This document shows positions 34,051 to 47,859 of a stretch of 64,000 nt of DNA, piece after piece. The notes under the pieces were generated by a model. The model worked only from the letters and a program-made list of their open reading frames with translations. It was not told the DNA's origin and searched no databases. A program made the translations under genes and the position numbers. Every line of letters begins with the position of its first letter. Position 1 is the first letter of the stretch. Source of the stretch: Callorhinchus milii (taxonomy: Eukaryota); the NCBI RefSeq assembly GCF_018977255.1, contig NW_024704742.1, forward strand, positions 36,086,001 to 36,150,000, read 5' to 3'.

Positions 34051-34834
34051 AATAGCTAATCATGAAGTTACTGCTGATATTAAAGAAGTTTTATCACCAC
34101 GGGGTCATGAGTTGAAAACCTTAGAATTGGTCCATCTGGGAGCCTAGGGCAGCAGCAGTCTATGATTTCCCTAATTTGATGCTGTAGCTTTCCACATAAT
34201 AAGGAAACATTTCTCAGGAGGACAATTATGACAGCCTGAGACTGGGGCAAGGAACAGATTTTAAAACAAGTCCAAATGGTCTTTGATTAGTGGCCAATCA
34301 ACGTGAAATTCTCTAGAGTATCCCGTGATCCTATTTCCATCATTATTTTGTGCCCCATCCAGGGATATAATAAGGGATTATGTCATGGTGATTTTATGCA
34401 AATCATTTGGATTTGGAAATTTCATACATTTATGCAACAATTTAAAAAATTCTGAAGCAAACAAACTTGGGATCTCCACGAGCTCTGTCTAATTTAGTAG
34501 CTAAATCATTATTAAATCAAGCTCTGCATTTAAATAGAATTTTGTTTTCGAAGAGGATGAACTGGAAGATTGGAGAAAGACAAACGTAGCAATCCCAGCA
34601 CAGTTGTGGCAGTGCTGGTACACTTCACAGGCAGAACATCAATTGTTTTCTTATAGTAAAATTGGTACAAAGCATTGTGTGTTGGCCTTAATAAAATCAA
34701 CTTAAATACATGAACTACTCAAGAACATTCGGTGATGTTCAACAGTACCCTCAATGAGGGAATCGAGTTACTTCAGGTCTACATAATGCATTTACCGTTA
34801 TTGGGAGGAATAACCACAGTCAGATTTCCTTTAT

Positions 34835-35125
34835 TCAGGTTCTCAGGTTTGAACCCAAGCCATGCTGAGTTGGCTGATTTCAGCCAGAGTAACCGGAAAG
34901 AACTACAAATCAGCCTTTGGTATAGGAAAAAGAAAAATTATCAGTCTGGGTTTCTGTTTCCAATCTACACTTCCTGCAAAGCACTTGTGTGTGGTATTAG
35001 GGCAAAGCCTGGATCAGTGTTGGCTGATATGACGACTGTGGTCACACACTATCGAACTCTGGATATGCAAACACCAACTATCCACGGGTCCATTCATCTG
35101 CATTATGTTCCAATGTGGAAATGAA
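34835..35125 (+). mobile_element. SINE family B
   Basis: CAGGTTTGAACCC...TGCTGAGTTGGCTGATTTCAGCC...GTGTGTGG...AGGGCAAAG. Confidence 0.65.
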
Positions 35126-36589
35126 GTTGAGTTTTGAGTTTGATGCCTGAAAAAATATCTAGTTGAGCGCATGTCCGCAAGGTAATTAGGAAGAAGATTT
35201 ACCCACACATCCTAGCTATGAACAGGCGAAGCAAAGTGGCCAACAATCCCCTAAATAAAATTAGTCATTTGTTTCATGGCTGTTTGTAGGATACTGCTGT
35301 ACGCAATTGGGCTGTCCCATTTGCCTACAAATACACAGTCACTCCACTTCCCGGTAAATCCTGTGAAGTGCTTTAGGTCGACTTCCCAACATGAAAGACA
35401 CTATGCCAAATGCAAGGATTATTATTACTCTTATCACTTTGGGTCCAGCATTGCACAAGCTACACAGATAAACCCCAGACAAAATGTAACAAATACTATA
35501 AGAATGGCTATCTTCATTATTCCAGTTGACCCCTGACAGTTTATTGAATAACCCACAAGAATTCTCTTACTCTCAATCCGCCCACACTCTATTGTCCATC
35601 TATTTACGATTGTGTTCTATTGTGCAGCTATATCGGTGATGCACAAGTGTATAGTCCGAGATATTGATAGATTTGGTTAAAAAGAAAACCTACTGGCCAT
35701 TCTGTCCAGTAACAAAAGCTGAGTACAAAACCAAGGCATTTATCCTTGCAGTGAATATGTTAATTAATCGTCATTTCACAAGTCGGTGTGCATTAGAATG
35801 CCTGGTTGCCATGGTTTATATTCATTCTTATTCTCCAAGGGATGGTCAGTAGAGGACTGTGACATAATAGTAAAGAAAAGCAAAATACTGAATCTCTCAG
35901 TAAAGAAATCAATCTTCTTTTTACCTGGCTTAAGTGACTTTACCTGGCTTAAGTGACTGACAGATGGGCAAGCTGCTTTTGTTTCCCCAAATGAACTAAT
36001 TTTGGTAACATTAACTGTTGGCTTTTGTCCAGCTTTGTTATTCCCACTAATAAGTGCAAGTATTGGCAAGCAACATCCAAATTATCAGATAGCTTATTAC
36101 AATTGAAGCACCATGTCAATGAATCACAACAGTGATGGAAATACTTTGTACGGGACAATGGAGGGATGAGGAACCTTCAATTATTGCTTGTTGATAAATG
36201 AACAACTTATTATCCACTGAATAACAATTGTTACAGTTCACTGTCGGCTGAAGCTGAGTAATTGAAAGAGCCACCAAGAGGTCACCAGACTCCACTGTCT
36301 GGTAACAGCTGCTTTTCCCAATGGGGGTAATTAATATGATGGGCCCATTGGTTATTTTTTTTGATCAGTGTGTAGCATACGAACAAACGTTTCGTGTAAA
36401 ATGCACAAAATAGCACGTATTCAGGCCGGGATTCAACGATTCACAGGTTAAACCCTTTTTCTCTGTTACTTGGCTAAAGTTTGATGGGCTTCAGCAACTA
36501 ACAAGAGATGAATCACAATTTCAAATTCCAAGTCACTTTGTTGCTTTCTTGTAAAAAAAAATCTTCTGTACTTGCCATATAATAACAAT

Positions 36590-36845
36590 ACAGCTTACAT
36601 TTATATTTGCCAAACTGGGAGGGGGTGGGGGCACTGAGGAGGGTGGTAGGGGTGGAAGAGATACATTTTAAGTGGGGAAGGAGGGTTGAGGCAGAAAGAT
36701 GGGGTTCCAGAGGGCAGCAGGAAGAATGTTTGAAAGCTCAACCACAGATGGTGGAGTAGTTTGGGCATGGGACATGAATCATTCACTGAGCGGAGGGATC
36801 AGCCAGGTCGGTAGTGTTCCAGGAGGTTACAGAGGCAGGGTGGCA
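36590..36845 (-). mobile_element. L2 3' fragment, old
   Basis: Purine-rich plus strand with GGGTTCCAGAG..CAG..GGAAGAATG..TGAAAGC, as in other minus-strand L2 ends. Confidence 0.7.
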
Positions 36846-37074
36846 CTTACGTTTTAATTGTAATAAAACATGTTATTAATTTAATAATTTTATTGATATA
36901 ATAAATGAATCACTTGTGTTTAAAATTAGTTCGTTTCTAAATTTTAATTTTTGTTATTTTTTAAAACACTGTATTTCATACTTCATAAAGTATTTAGACT
37001 CAAAACAGCTCTATTTGTCTATGTTAATGTTTTAAGCCTTTCTTGTGAACTAGAGGCATGTATAATAAAATGAT

Positions 37075-37355
37075 AAATAATAACACTTGCATTTGGTATA
37101 GATTATTTCATGTCAGGAGGATGTCTCAAAGCACTTCACAGGATATACTGTAAAATGTAGTGAGTGTGTTTGTAGATGAAATGCTTTGGAATGTCCTCCT
37201 GATGTGAAAAGCTCTACCAAATGTAAGGATTATTATTATTTATTATTATTATTAATGCAACAGCCCATCTGCACATAGCAATTTCCCACAAACAGCCATG
37301 AAGTGAATGACCAATTTTATTTGGGGAATTGTAGGTCAGGACACTGCGAGAAACT
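37075..37355 (-). mobile_element. Deu-type SINE interrupted by an oppositely oriented SINE/L2 tail (~37185-37253)
   Basis: Two inverted tails; AATGC repeated on both sides of the inner tail. Confidence 0.7.
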
Positions 37356-38960
37356 CTATTCCAAAATGTTTTAGATTTGCTACATTGACCAGCAACCCCA
37401 AGTTACAACACTTAATCATCACTGAAAGAAGAAGTATTCAACAACAACTTACAACTTAAAACGCCCTACACACTGGTAGTGTCAGAGAACTTAACAGCAG
37501 TATGGTTTGATGCCGAGCTGGAAAGAGAAGGGAGGTGACAGAAGGCACGGTTTCCTTGATTATTCCTTGATCGATGTTGTTAAATGCTTTCTGTGGTGTG
37601 TGAATCACTAATAAAGTAATTCTGCTCTTAACCATCTGCCAATGAAATATGTAGGGTTGAAATTAAAATCCAGGCAGAGCAGTGCTCTTCTTCCTGCTAT
37701 ACGAGGGACAGCATCTTATGTGAAGTTGGACTGAGAAGACAGCGACAATCAGCTCCCACCATCTTGTACGTTGCCCCCCACCATACCTGAAAGGCTGTCC
37801 ACAGGACTGTGATGAAAGTGATACGATGGACCTTAAGTCCATCACCTCAGCTAAACTGCAGTGAGATCATACCATCATTTAAAAATAATTTTGGCTCTTA
37901 CAGCTCCAGTAAAACATAGAATAGATGCATGAGGCTGAAAATGCATATGAAATAATTCCGCTGTCTGCAACTAATTAGACTCTGAATTAAAGGCCAAACA
38001 TTTCACATTTTCTTGTGCTGCTGCAAGCCATCTGTTTTGTCCAGGCTGTTGCTGTGAGGGTTGCTGTAGGTTGGATCTGCCAATTGTTCCTATTATTTTC
38101 TGCTATGTCTGTTTGTGAAATAGACAATCGGGACGAACCACCAAGTGAAAAACAGAAAACACTGCACTGAAAAAAGCATCATCTTATTGCAACTAATATA
38201 TAAACACTGGTATGTATGAACATAAACATTTTCAATGAGAGGCTATCAAATACCTCTTTAATCTGGAATTACATTGCAGTAGTTGTTCCAAATCATAAAC
38301 CAGGTCACCAAACACACAAAACAGACACAACAACTTGCTCCTTTAGCCACTACAACTCTCTATCCCTCCAACCTTTCTAACTTCCTTCACGACACTCAAC
38401 ACAATCTTACATTCCCATATTTGGTGACTCCTTGTATGATCAAAATAACACAATGTACACACTGGAGGATATTCTCTGCTTGTTACTACCCGTACTAACC
38501 TTAGCAGTGTGTGCTTTGAATGGGAAATTCCTTCAGAGATTTATTCTGCATCTAACCTATGCTATAACTGGCCCAGAAGTATTTGATACGGACAGTGGGT
38601 AATTCATTTCCAAACTGATCCATTTTTAGGATGTAAGTTACAACTCCCAAATCAGTATAAAGGTTGATTCCTCTCAAAAGGGAATAAGACAACAAAAACT
38701 TACCTTTATATAGTGACCTTCATGTAGGATAATTCCTCAGAGCGCTGGATAAGCTGGTCCACTATCATTTACCTTATTAATAACAATAATCCTTGTATTT
38801 GATATAGTACATTAACACTTCATCGAGGCATCTCAAAGTGCTTCATAGGATTTCCTGTAAAGTGCAGTGACAGGGTACTTGTACTTTCACGAACAGAAAA
38901 TTTCCATAAATTTGCAATAAACTGAATGACTAGTTTAATCTGGGAAATTTCCAGGCGAAG

Positions 38961-39050
38961 TTGGTTTGTACATGTGGAACTCGCAGTTTGGTTTGGATAC
39001 TCTTAAGCATGGTGATGAGTTTTTGCATGTGTCAAGACACCCAGGTAACT
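38961..39050 (-). repeat. Unclassified repeat U, copy 4
   Basis: Reverse complement of copy 1: CAGTTTGGTTTGGATACTCTTAAGCATGGTGATG...TGTGTCAAGACACC. Confidence 0.85.
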
Positions 39051-40659
39051 AAACATGAAAATCCTGCACTAACATCCTTCTCTCCAAAAATAGACAAAAT
39101 GTGTCTTGAAAGTAAATATAAACAAATAATGCTCTTAACCTTGTCTCAACTGACGCCACATCATACCTACATCTCTGCTGCCTCACTCTTCACCTTCTAG
39201 ACAAATAATCCAGGTTCTCGCTACACACCAGACATAGTTCTACACATGTGCAGCTCTCTGAATTGTACATAACTTGTTCCACATCATTGTTTTTAAGGTG
39301 GATTTTTGTTAACGAAAAATTTGAAAGAAAATGTCAAGTAAAGTACCTGTGATTTGACAGTGATTATTTTCACTGTAAACAGAAGGGCAAATTTTAAAAG
39401 TAATTCACTGTTATATAAAAAAAGTACCAGGTCTAAGAAAGCCTGATTACTCTGTAGCTATTTATAAAAGGAAGAGCACTAGTTACAGACCATACTGAAG
39501 AATTATAGGTTGGAGACAGATATAGTGTGAGAACCACTCACCAGCAAAACGTTTTCCCAGGCCAGTTTCAACCCTATGGACCAATGGACGAAAAAGGGGG
39601 AGTTGGGAGAATGTGCCCAAAATAATCTAGCTCTGAACATCCATTTTCAAAGTGCTTTCAAATTTGTCAAGGAAATCAAGTGAAAGATTAACGTCTCCTC
39701 TGGGAAGAGAACTATTCGATGTTCACTGCACTGTGGTGATCTCTGGTAGGGACTTGAATCCCAAAGGTTAAATGGGTCTCAGGTGAACATCAGTGCAGTG
39801 CACCACGTGTCGGAGGGAAGAAGTATTGGACACACTGTGAGGATTCTGCTAGGATTCCGTTTTTTTCACCTGCCGACATTTAAACTGGACTCGGATCCCT
39901 AATTATCTTTGGAATCGAGAAAACAACAGCGCTGTTACAGAAGCAGAAGGAACGGTCATTATTGTGTGGAGCCACATTGTGTGTTCAGCGTCTGGTACTG
40001 CTGGATCTGAATCACTGTGGACTCGTGCAGTCAGAGAGGCTCGGGCTATACACATAGCCTGACGGCTGCTAAATGGCCTGTGATTAGCGGAAAGAAAATG
40101 TTCCGGTGCATTCAGGAGCAACTGGGAAAGCGTCTGTCTTGGCAATAACCCTATCGACTTTTCCCCAGTGACAAGAAGAGGTACCAGCAAGGCACATAGT
40201 GGATGACAATACTGTTTACTGCACCTTCACTCAGCTTTATACTCTTTTCATAACAGACACAAGAAAATGAAAGGTAGAAGCTGCTTGTGTCTTCACTACC
40301 TGCTGAAATTTTAAATAATCTTAATAATCATTGCATTTGATATAGTCCCTTTCATCTCCGCAGTATGTTTCCAAGCACTTCACAGGATTCAGTGTAAAGT
40401 ATAATGACTGTATTTTGTACACAAAATGTTTTCATCTGAGTTGCTATTGAAATCTCTACATCAGGATTTGTGCCCAAGCTAACATCCCATCACCCAGCAC
40501 ATCAATAGCCTCAGGACCTGTATCAGAGGATTGCAGCTTCCACATTTGTTTGGCTAGATTCTGAAACTTTTGAACCTTAGTTTGAAATTCTTCTGTGGTT
40601 GTGGGAATGACGCCATGTGCATTGTCGCATATTAAATATTAACGTGGCACACGATTAAT

Positions 40660-40903
40660 GTGCCCCCAATCTTTGGAATTGCATTCCACAGTCCCTTTAC
40701 CTCGCTCCCTCCCTTGCCTCCTTCAAGCCCATCCCCAGACTCCTCTTTGACCGCTCCTTCGGTCACCCTCCTACCCTTACCCTCCTTGTCCTCCACCCCT
40801 CCTGATCTGACCCCCCAGCTTGGGTCCAAATTCTTAACTACCCAGCGCCTTGGGATGTCCTCCTGATGTTAAAGACGCTATCCAAAGTCATTTGTTGTTG
40901 TTG
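40660..40903 (+). mobile_element. L2 3' end
   Basis: CCCCCAGCTTGGGTCCAAA...CAGCGCCTTGGGATGTCCTCCTGATG..(TTG)n. Confidence 0.85.
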
Positions 40904-41964
40904 ATTGGGCCAGCGCCAATACCAGTGAGAATAATAAGCATGTGAACTGCAACAATGAGCTGCAATCGTTTTAAAAACTGGCCCCAAAGAATCCATACAT
41001 GTTCTTAGAATGGCTTTTCATTGTGCAGAGCAAGCTTCAGCACTGCCAGCAATTGAGGTTACTCAGCTCCTTGCCAGACCACAGCTAAATGCCTTTTCAT
41101 TCAAGCTGTGTAATTGTTGTGTGTGTTGCATTTTACGTACAGTAAGTTTTTATGCAGAAAGCTCAGTAACGTCCCTGTGTCCTGTTACAAACAAGGCCAC
41201 AAAATAGCTCCTTTATTACTTTACGTGGGTAGTTAGTGTGGCTATAATAATAAAAAAACAAGAAACCAGCGTTACAGCAACAGATTCTGGGTAGAAGAAT
41301 GTTTCAGTGTTTCCACATCCATGTGAATAAGATAATGGGCGTCACGTCACTCTACAGAACATTGAATGTTCAGGAAGTTTCAAACATAAAAATGAGCAGT
41401 CTGAGAAGATGCCATTGAATAACAATCCTTGCATTTGACACAGCTTGTTACTTTGTTGAAATGCCTCAAAGCACTTCACAAGATTTACTCCATATTCACC
41501 GCATACACATACTAGCCAAATACACCTCACTCACACACCACACATTTAGACCCTCCCAAATATATACACCCTCATACACTTATATATCCCATACACATAG
41601 CACACACATATAACCCTTTCCCCCTCCCTCTCCCATACACAGATACACCACAGACAATTTGTGCACAGCAATGCCCCACAAGCAAACAGGGGGTGAATAA
41701 CCAATTTATTTTGTTTTGTTGGTCAGGACACTGAGACAAATTCTCTTTACATATAATGTCATAATTCTTTAATGTCTAACTGAACAGATAGATGAGACCT
41801 CAGGTTATCATCTCATCAGAAGGATTGTACCTGTTTTTCCCTAAAATTGCACTCAAATGCCAGCCCAAACTGCTGCTTTTACTAAAAGGAAACTTAACAG
41901 CTGGAAGAAGTTATCTCGTATTGGACACTAAATATAACAAGGGCAGTAGATAACTAAGAAATGC

Positions 41965-42368
41965 CTGGCTCAGTTAGTAGGACTTGTGGGTTTCCACATC
42001 GGAACGTCAAACCCATTTATTCTAGGCTGATACTCTAACACAGTGCTGGGAGAGCACTGCATTATTGGAGATGCTGTTCTTCGTTTGAGATGTTAAACCA
42101 AAGTCCATTCTGTCTGTTCGGGTGGACGTTAAATATTTCATGGCACTATTCAAAAAGAGAAAACAGTTTCTTCCAATGTTCAGGTCAATACGGCCTACAT
42201 AAAATTGGCCATTCACTTCATGCTGTTTGTGGAATATTGCTGTGCACAAATTGGCTGCCATATTTGGTGACACAACTAGTCACTACACTTCACAGTAAAT
42301 CCTGTAAAGCACTTTGAAACATCCTCCTGACATGGCATGATACTAATTGCAAGGATATTATTATTATT
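41965..42368 (+). mobile_element. Deu-domain SINE, near full length
   Basis: TGGCTCAGTTAGTAG head, Deu core, (ATT)n tail. Confidence 0.85.
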
Positions 42369-43257
42369 GAAGTGGAAAGGTATTAATTATAAAGGTAAAA
42401 CTAAATTAAGAAAGCTATTTCTGAAATTTAAATGAATGCTATTTCTTTAAATTAGGAATGCTATTTCTGAAATTTTAAAACTAAGAAAGAAAGAACTTCA
42501 ATTTGTTTGGTAACCCTCACATTGAAATATTGCAAAGTACTTCACAAGTGATTACAAGCAAATGTAGTGACTGTTTTCAAAGGGAAAAAACATGCTTCGC
42601 ACATGTCATTAACCAGACCGGGGGGATATAGAGAAAAAATAATCAGGTTATTTGATTCCAAACTGAAAGAGTTCTTAGTAAAGAATTCAAGTGAAAAACA
42701 TTGCAAACAAAGATATTTTCCCAAAACTTAACAACTTCAATACTTTTAAAAAAGGTGTGCAACCTTATTATTTCCTTGTGCAAATTTATTGGCAGTGGAA
42801 CCTTGTCTAAACAAAAATACTCTATAGAAGGTCTATACCCTCCTTGTGGCAACACATTAAACCTTATTCTAAAAAAAGATTGATAATCCCGTTTCAAAAA
42901 GGAATTACGGGCACAATGGATAATAATATACCCATGCAAATATTCCAATTATAATTGATGACATTGATTAATGAGCTATAGCTTCTCAAGTCCACACGCA
43001 ATGCCAGAAACAATAAAGAATAAAAACTAGTTTCTTGATTTTACCTCGCTAGGAACTCATTTTCACCAAAGCAATGTATGGCCCACGAATAAACTATAAT
43101 TATTCTCACACACTGCAATTTTTATAGCCAGCTATTCCAGGGCTTCATTGAATGGAACTGCAAGATTTAGAAATGAGCTTTCTCACAGTAAAGTGAATAT
43201 AACATAGATAACTAGCTACTATGAGATCTAAACTCCAAACATTAAGATGTGACTTAC

Positions 43258-43311
43258 CCTTTTGTAGTCCGACAAAGGTTTTTCATTGGTCAATGTGCCA
43301 AAGATTGTGGG
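43258..43311 (-). CDS. Internal 54-nt coding exon (phase 0-0) of an unidentified host gene; peptide PTIFGTLTNEKPLSDYKR
   Basis: Strong acceptor TGTTGTTTTTTTGGTTTCAG, consensus donor AGG|GTAAGT, only one open frame, unique sequence. Confidence 0.65.
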
Positions 43312-46300
43312 CTGAAACCAAAAAAACAACAGATTTTCATTAGTGCTGGAAGCAACAATATCATGGTTTGTTCCTATTACTGACACTGGAGGGAAAAACA
43401 AGTACATTAAGTTATGCCAGAAGGATTTAGAAGTTTTGACTATTGTAAGTGCCCACAACAACAACAATAACAAGATTACATTTGTATAGTGCTTTTCACA
43501 TCGGGAGGACGTCCCAAGGCACTACCAAGATTAGCAACTTTACTGACAAGCTACAATAAATAGCATGATTAGCATGTCTCTCAGGGAACACTCTAAGACT
43601 TTCAAGATATTGATAATTTACAAATAGCCATGTAGACAAGCCAGAAAAGCATGGCTGCAAATTACCATGGAACAATGACAGGAGCCACCACTCTTATCCC
43701 TGTCATGTAGGACAATGGAAGAAAATCTCTTTTCTCTTGCTAGTCATATGGTTCTGAGTCGTATTAGTCTTCCCCTTTTAAGCTAGATACGAGGAAGCTT
43801 TGTTTGCCTTATCAGAAAGCAATGAGAACCTTCCTGGACACTGTCTACGCAATTCATTCCAATAATTTACTGGTTTCAAAGCAAGGACATGGATGGATAC
43901 AAGTGCAATCCAAACATAACTTGAATTGAGTTTATCTGCACAGACAAATGCCTCTTTAGAAGTTAAGGGGAAAACATGGGTCTAGGTCTTTGAATCATTG
44001 AGATTGTTAGTTGAAATAGATGTACTCTTTAACTTAAGCCATGACTGCATAACTCAAGGATATTGGTTTCACATTAACAAGCCTCAAACAAGACCAAAGA
44101 TTTAATGGAATTTATTTCCTTCATGGAGTAGTGGAACGGACAGACAGCTAACAATAGCTAGATACAGTTTTAGATACAGTGTTGATTAGCTTCTTTGAAA
44201 AACAACTTGATAACTATCTGCTTGAAAACAATACTGGAGGGAAAAGTGCAGATTGAACGAATACTCCAAGAGACACAAAATATCTGCTGTACTAGGAGAA
44301 GTGTGAGTGAAGAGAAGCAGCCAGCGCTGAACAGCGGAGTTTGAAAATGGAAAAATATTCTGGACTTTTATCTTCCTCACCTCTGGGCTTCAGGGAATAT
44401 CAGAACAGAATTTTCCCCAGGAGATTGAGAGATGGGCTGGAATACTTGATAGGGTTCTAATATAGGTTTTTCATGTTCTGTGGAGTGTGAGAGCAAGATG
44501 GCCTTGTCTCATTCCATGATTTCTTAAGAGTTTAGCATGAGAGTTAACACATTTTTCAAATTAGTTTCAAATAAAACCAGGTCTTTTGACCATAACATTA
44601 CCATAATGAGCTATGTTTATTAATTTCCCTTTCTCCTGTAGGCATGACTGAAAATGGCCATATGTGACCCACAGCCTATTACCATATCATTTAAATATAA
44701 ATAGTTCACCACCAAGTAAACAGAGGAAAACTGTGATGCTGCACAAAGACTTGCTAAGTGTGAGGAGGGCAGTCACAGTCGTGTACAGCTTTCAGTGGGT
44801 AGCTTTGGAAGTTGTGGTTGGTCTGTCAGAAGGTTGGCCATTAATATCCCTCTTCTTACACAAAATCATAACTATAATTAGATTTTAAAACTGCCTTGTG
44901 CAAAGGATTAAATTTGTTCTCTTATTCTTAGTCTTAAAGCCATTGTTTTAAATTGAACATTATGTATAACGTTAGATTACAGTATTAAATTAATTTGGAA
45001 GCCGATTTTCTGCTGTTCTTTTTTGACATTGTGAAAAATCAGTTTCTACATTAAATTTTAAGAGAAAGATCATAAGTCTATGAGAACTTTCAGTTCCTTG
45101 AGAAGCAACAGGCAAATAGAATCAATCAATCCTAACATTATATACTTGCATCAGGGCTATCAGATACCATCCTTCTAAATGTAGAAGTAAAAAAAGTGCT
45201 CCTCAAAGCACCGCACCACATGATCTTGGGTTAACTATTATAAAACCTGAAGCCTGGATGTTCACAATGCCAATTCTTCATCTTTCTAAAAAGGGCATGT
45301 CTACACACAACAGTTAAATACTGTAACTGTGTACTGCATAGAGAGAGCGCAAGATAGGACCATTTAACATTCTGTGTTTCCGAACATACGAGTGATACCC
45401 ATGTAAAGGAAATTAGTCAAGAAAAGTAATTACGTTGCCACAAAAACTCTGCACTTCAGGCTAATGGATGTCACTTGTCTCCAGTTCAGGTGATAAAGAG
45501 TTTGGGCATTTTGAATCTAATTAAACCAAAAGATGAAGCTATGAAAGGAATGAACTGTGCTTTACCACACAACCAAGTAGTGAGCTACACAGTTAATGGT
45601 AAAATCGAGTCCGAATGTACCGTAAACTAGAGAATTTTGATAACCATTAGTCGGTAATTATTAGTAATATTTGGGTGGTAACACAAATGCTTGTGCTCAC
45701 TGGCCCAAGTCAATTGACATGTTTTCACTAAAGCCATTGTGGGAGGAATGAGCGCTGAAGACTGGGTGGTTAATTTCTCATGAAGAAGAAACAAACAGTA
45801 AAAAAAAACATTCACACACTTTATGTCAACTGCAGCCCCATGAAATAAAACCTGGTTGAAAGCAGCTTTGTTTATTAGTGAACTATTATACCACATTATA
45901 CCAGAAGAGATGTAAAGACAGCTTCACATGCCGACTGGCCAGCTTCCCACATTAAAAGCCGCTGACGTCACTTCATTAAGGAAGTGATGCCAGCCCCAAT
46001 GTCTATGATGTCAACGGCCACCTGACAACTCAGAAGCTGAACTGATGCTCATTTTTTTCCATAGACCCATTATGAAGCAGTGGCTAATTGTTTGGAGTTA
46101 TAACAGGTTTGCCATGTATCTCTTTTTATTTTCCACTGAAACAAGAACAGTTTGCATTTATAGAGCGTCCTTCTCACTGGATAGCATTTCAGAGCACACA
46201 CAGCAATACCTTTTGCAGAGGAATTTGAGGCCTGCAAGGAACACTCAGACAAAAGGCTCTTTAATGAACAAGGAAGTCTCCATCTTGTGGTGACTTTATC

Positions 46301-46554
46301 CAAAAATGGATCATCTTGAAATGAAAATGATAATTTTGGAGTAAACCCATTTTACTGATGCATTTATGAAAAGAGCGATTAAACAGCTTGCATTTACATT
46401 CCGTACATCATTGACATCATTGGATTACTAATGCAGACGAGAGAATAACAGCAAGAGAAAGCTATAGCTCATTTAATTCAATAAAATAAAAGACTTTCAT
46501 ATAAACTTTATGATACTGAATATTTCTTTCCTTTTCCTCTAATTTTCTCCTCTT

Positions 46555-46850
46555 GAAGGTATTTGCTCCTTTTTTGTTTAGCTAGGGTAGTGGCCAACCT
46601 GTTACCTGCCACCATATCACCCAAATGGCTATCATTCATATTTGAGCCTTGCCCGTGAGTATTAGAAGACAGAGGGTCATCATAGCCAAGCTCAATCCAC
46701 ATCCACATCCTCACCGTCCAACAGTGTCTCTGGATAGTGGGATAGTGATAAGGAGGAATCCTGTTGGGGGTTGGTTCACTGGACAGTACTCAGGAGTAGG
46801 GACTTTCGTTGACTGATACCTCCCTAGTCTAGGGAAACTGAGGACAAACG
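46555..46850 (-). mobile_element. SINE family B
   Basis: CACCCAAATGGCTATCATTCAT.TTTGAGCCT...GATAAGGAGGAATCCTG matches the copy at 4940. Confidence 0.65.
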
Positions 46851-47229
46851 TTAAATATCTGAGAACCACCCAGAGCCCTGAGAAATTCAAGAAAGAGATG
46901 AGAAGTAGAAATACTGAGGGATATGACAAAAAGGCAGGGAAATAAGTTTGGGGAGTTTGTAGTAAATGTGCATTCAAATGGAATGCAGCGGAAATTTGTT
47001 TTGGTCAAATGGCCTTCTCTACATCCTCAATTACATACAAGGAAGTGTGACTTGTGATAATTATCATATAAACCAAAAATGTGATCAAAAGCAGCCTAGA
47101 GTTATCAACTGCTGTGACTGCTCTCTTCCTCCAACCCCCACCTCCAACTATGCCCAATGGCTAAGCCTAGTGCAGAACAAAGATTTCAGCCTCTATCGTC
47201 TTTACTATTTCAAACAATCAAACAAAAGT

Positions 47230-47410
47230 AATAATACTAATTTAGTCACTCAATCCACGACTGTTTGTGGGACACTGCTGTGTGCAATTGGCTGCCGCAT
47301 TTCGCCCACAAAATATTCAGTCAATTCACTTTACAGTATATTCTGTGAAGCGCTTTGAGACGACTCAAAGACGTGAAAAGATGCTATATTAAATGCGACA
47401 ATCTTTATGA
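47230..47410 (+). mobile_element. SINE family A, 3' half
   Basis: AATCCACGACTGTTTGTGGGACACTGCTGTGTGCAATTGGCTGCCG. Confidence 0.9.
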
Positions 47411-47859
47411 TTAGCAAACCTGGAATGCGCCACCATTGAAATGCTGCATAGTGCAGCACTTCAGTATTGCTTCCTGAGTCACAGCTTAGAACCAAGACAT
47501 AAGTTTGGTATCTCAAGTTGCATTCCCCTCCCCCTCGCTTATACTCTTGAAGCATCAAACCTGGAACTCCCACTGGCCCCAGTTCTCCTGGTTCTGAGTA
47601 ACTTGTTATGCAGCACATCCTGCCTATTTCTCAGCTGTAGATTATCCACAGCTGGGAGACTGAATTGGAGAACTGCTGTTATTTTTCAGTAATACACGCC
47701 TTTTCCCTTCACATCAACAAAAGTTCTTTCATAGAGATCTTGCAGTGTCTAATCAGCATCTTTATGGAAATAATACTAAATAATGGATATTAGTAAGTCC
47801 AAATAGTATCCAAGCCTGAATATATTACATAACCCAAAACCCAATTTCTACTCAGGGAA

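Noticed and set aside
37787..37855. 69-nt minus-strand candidate exon and hairpin GATGGAC/GTCCATC
   Set aside because: Weak pyrimidine tract, phase incompatible with the supported exon, and only a short stem.
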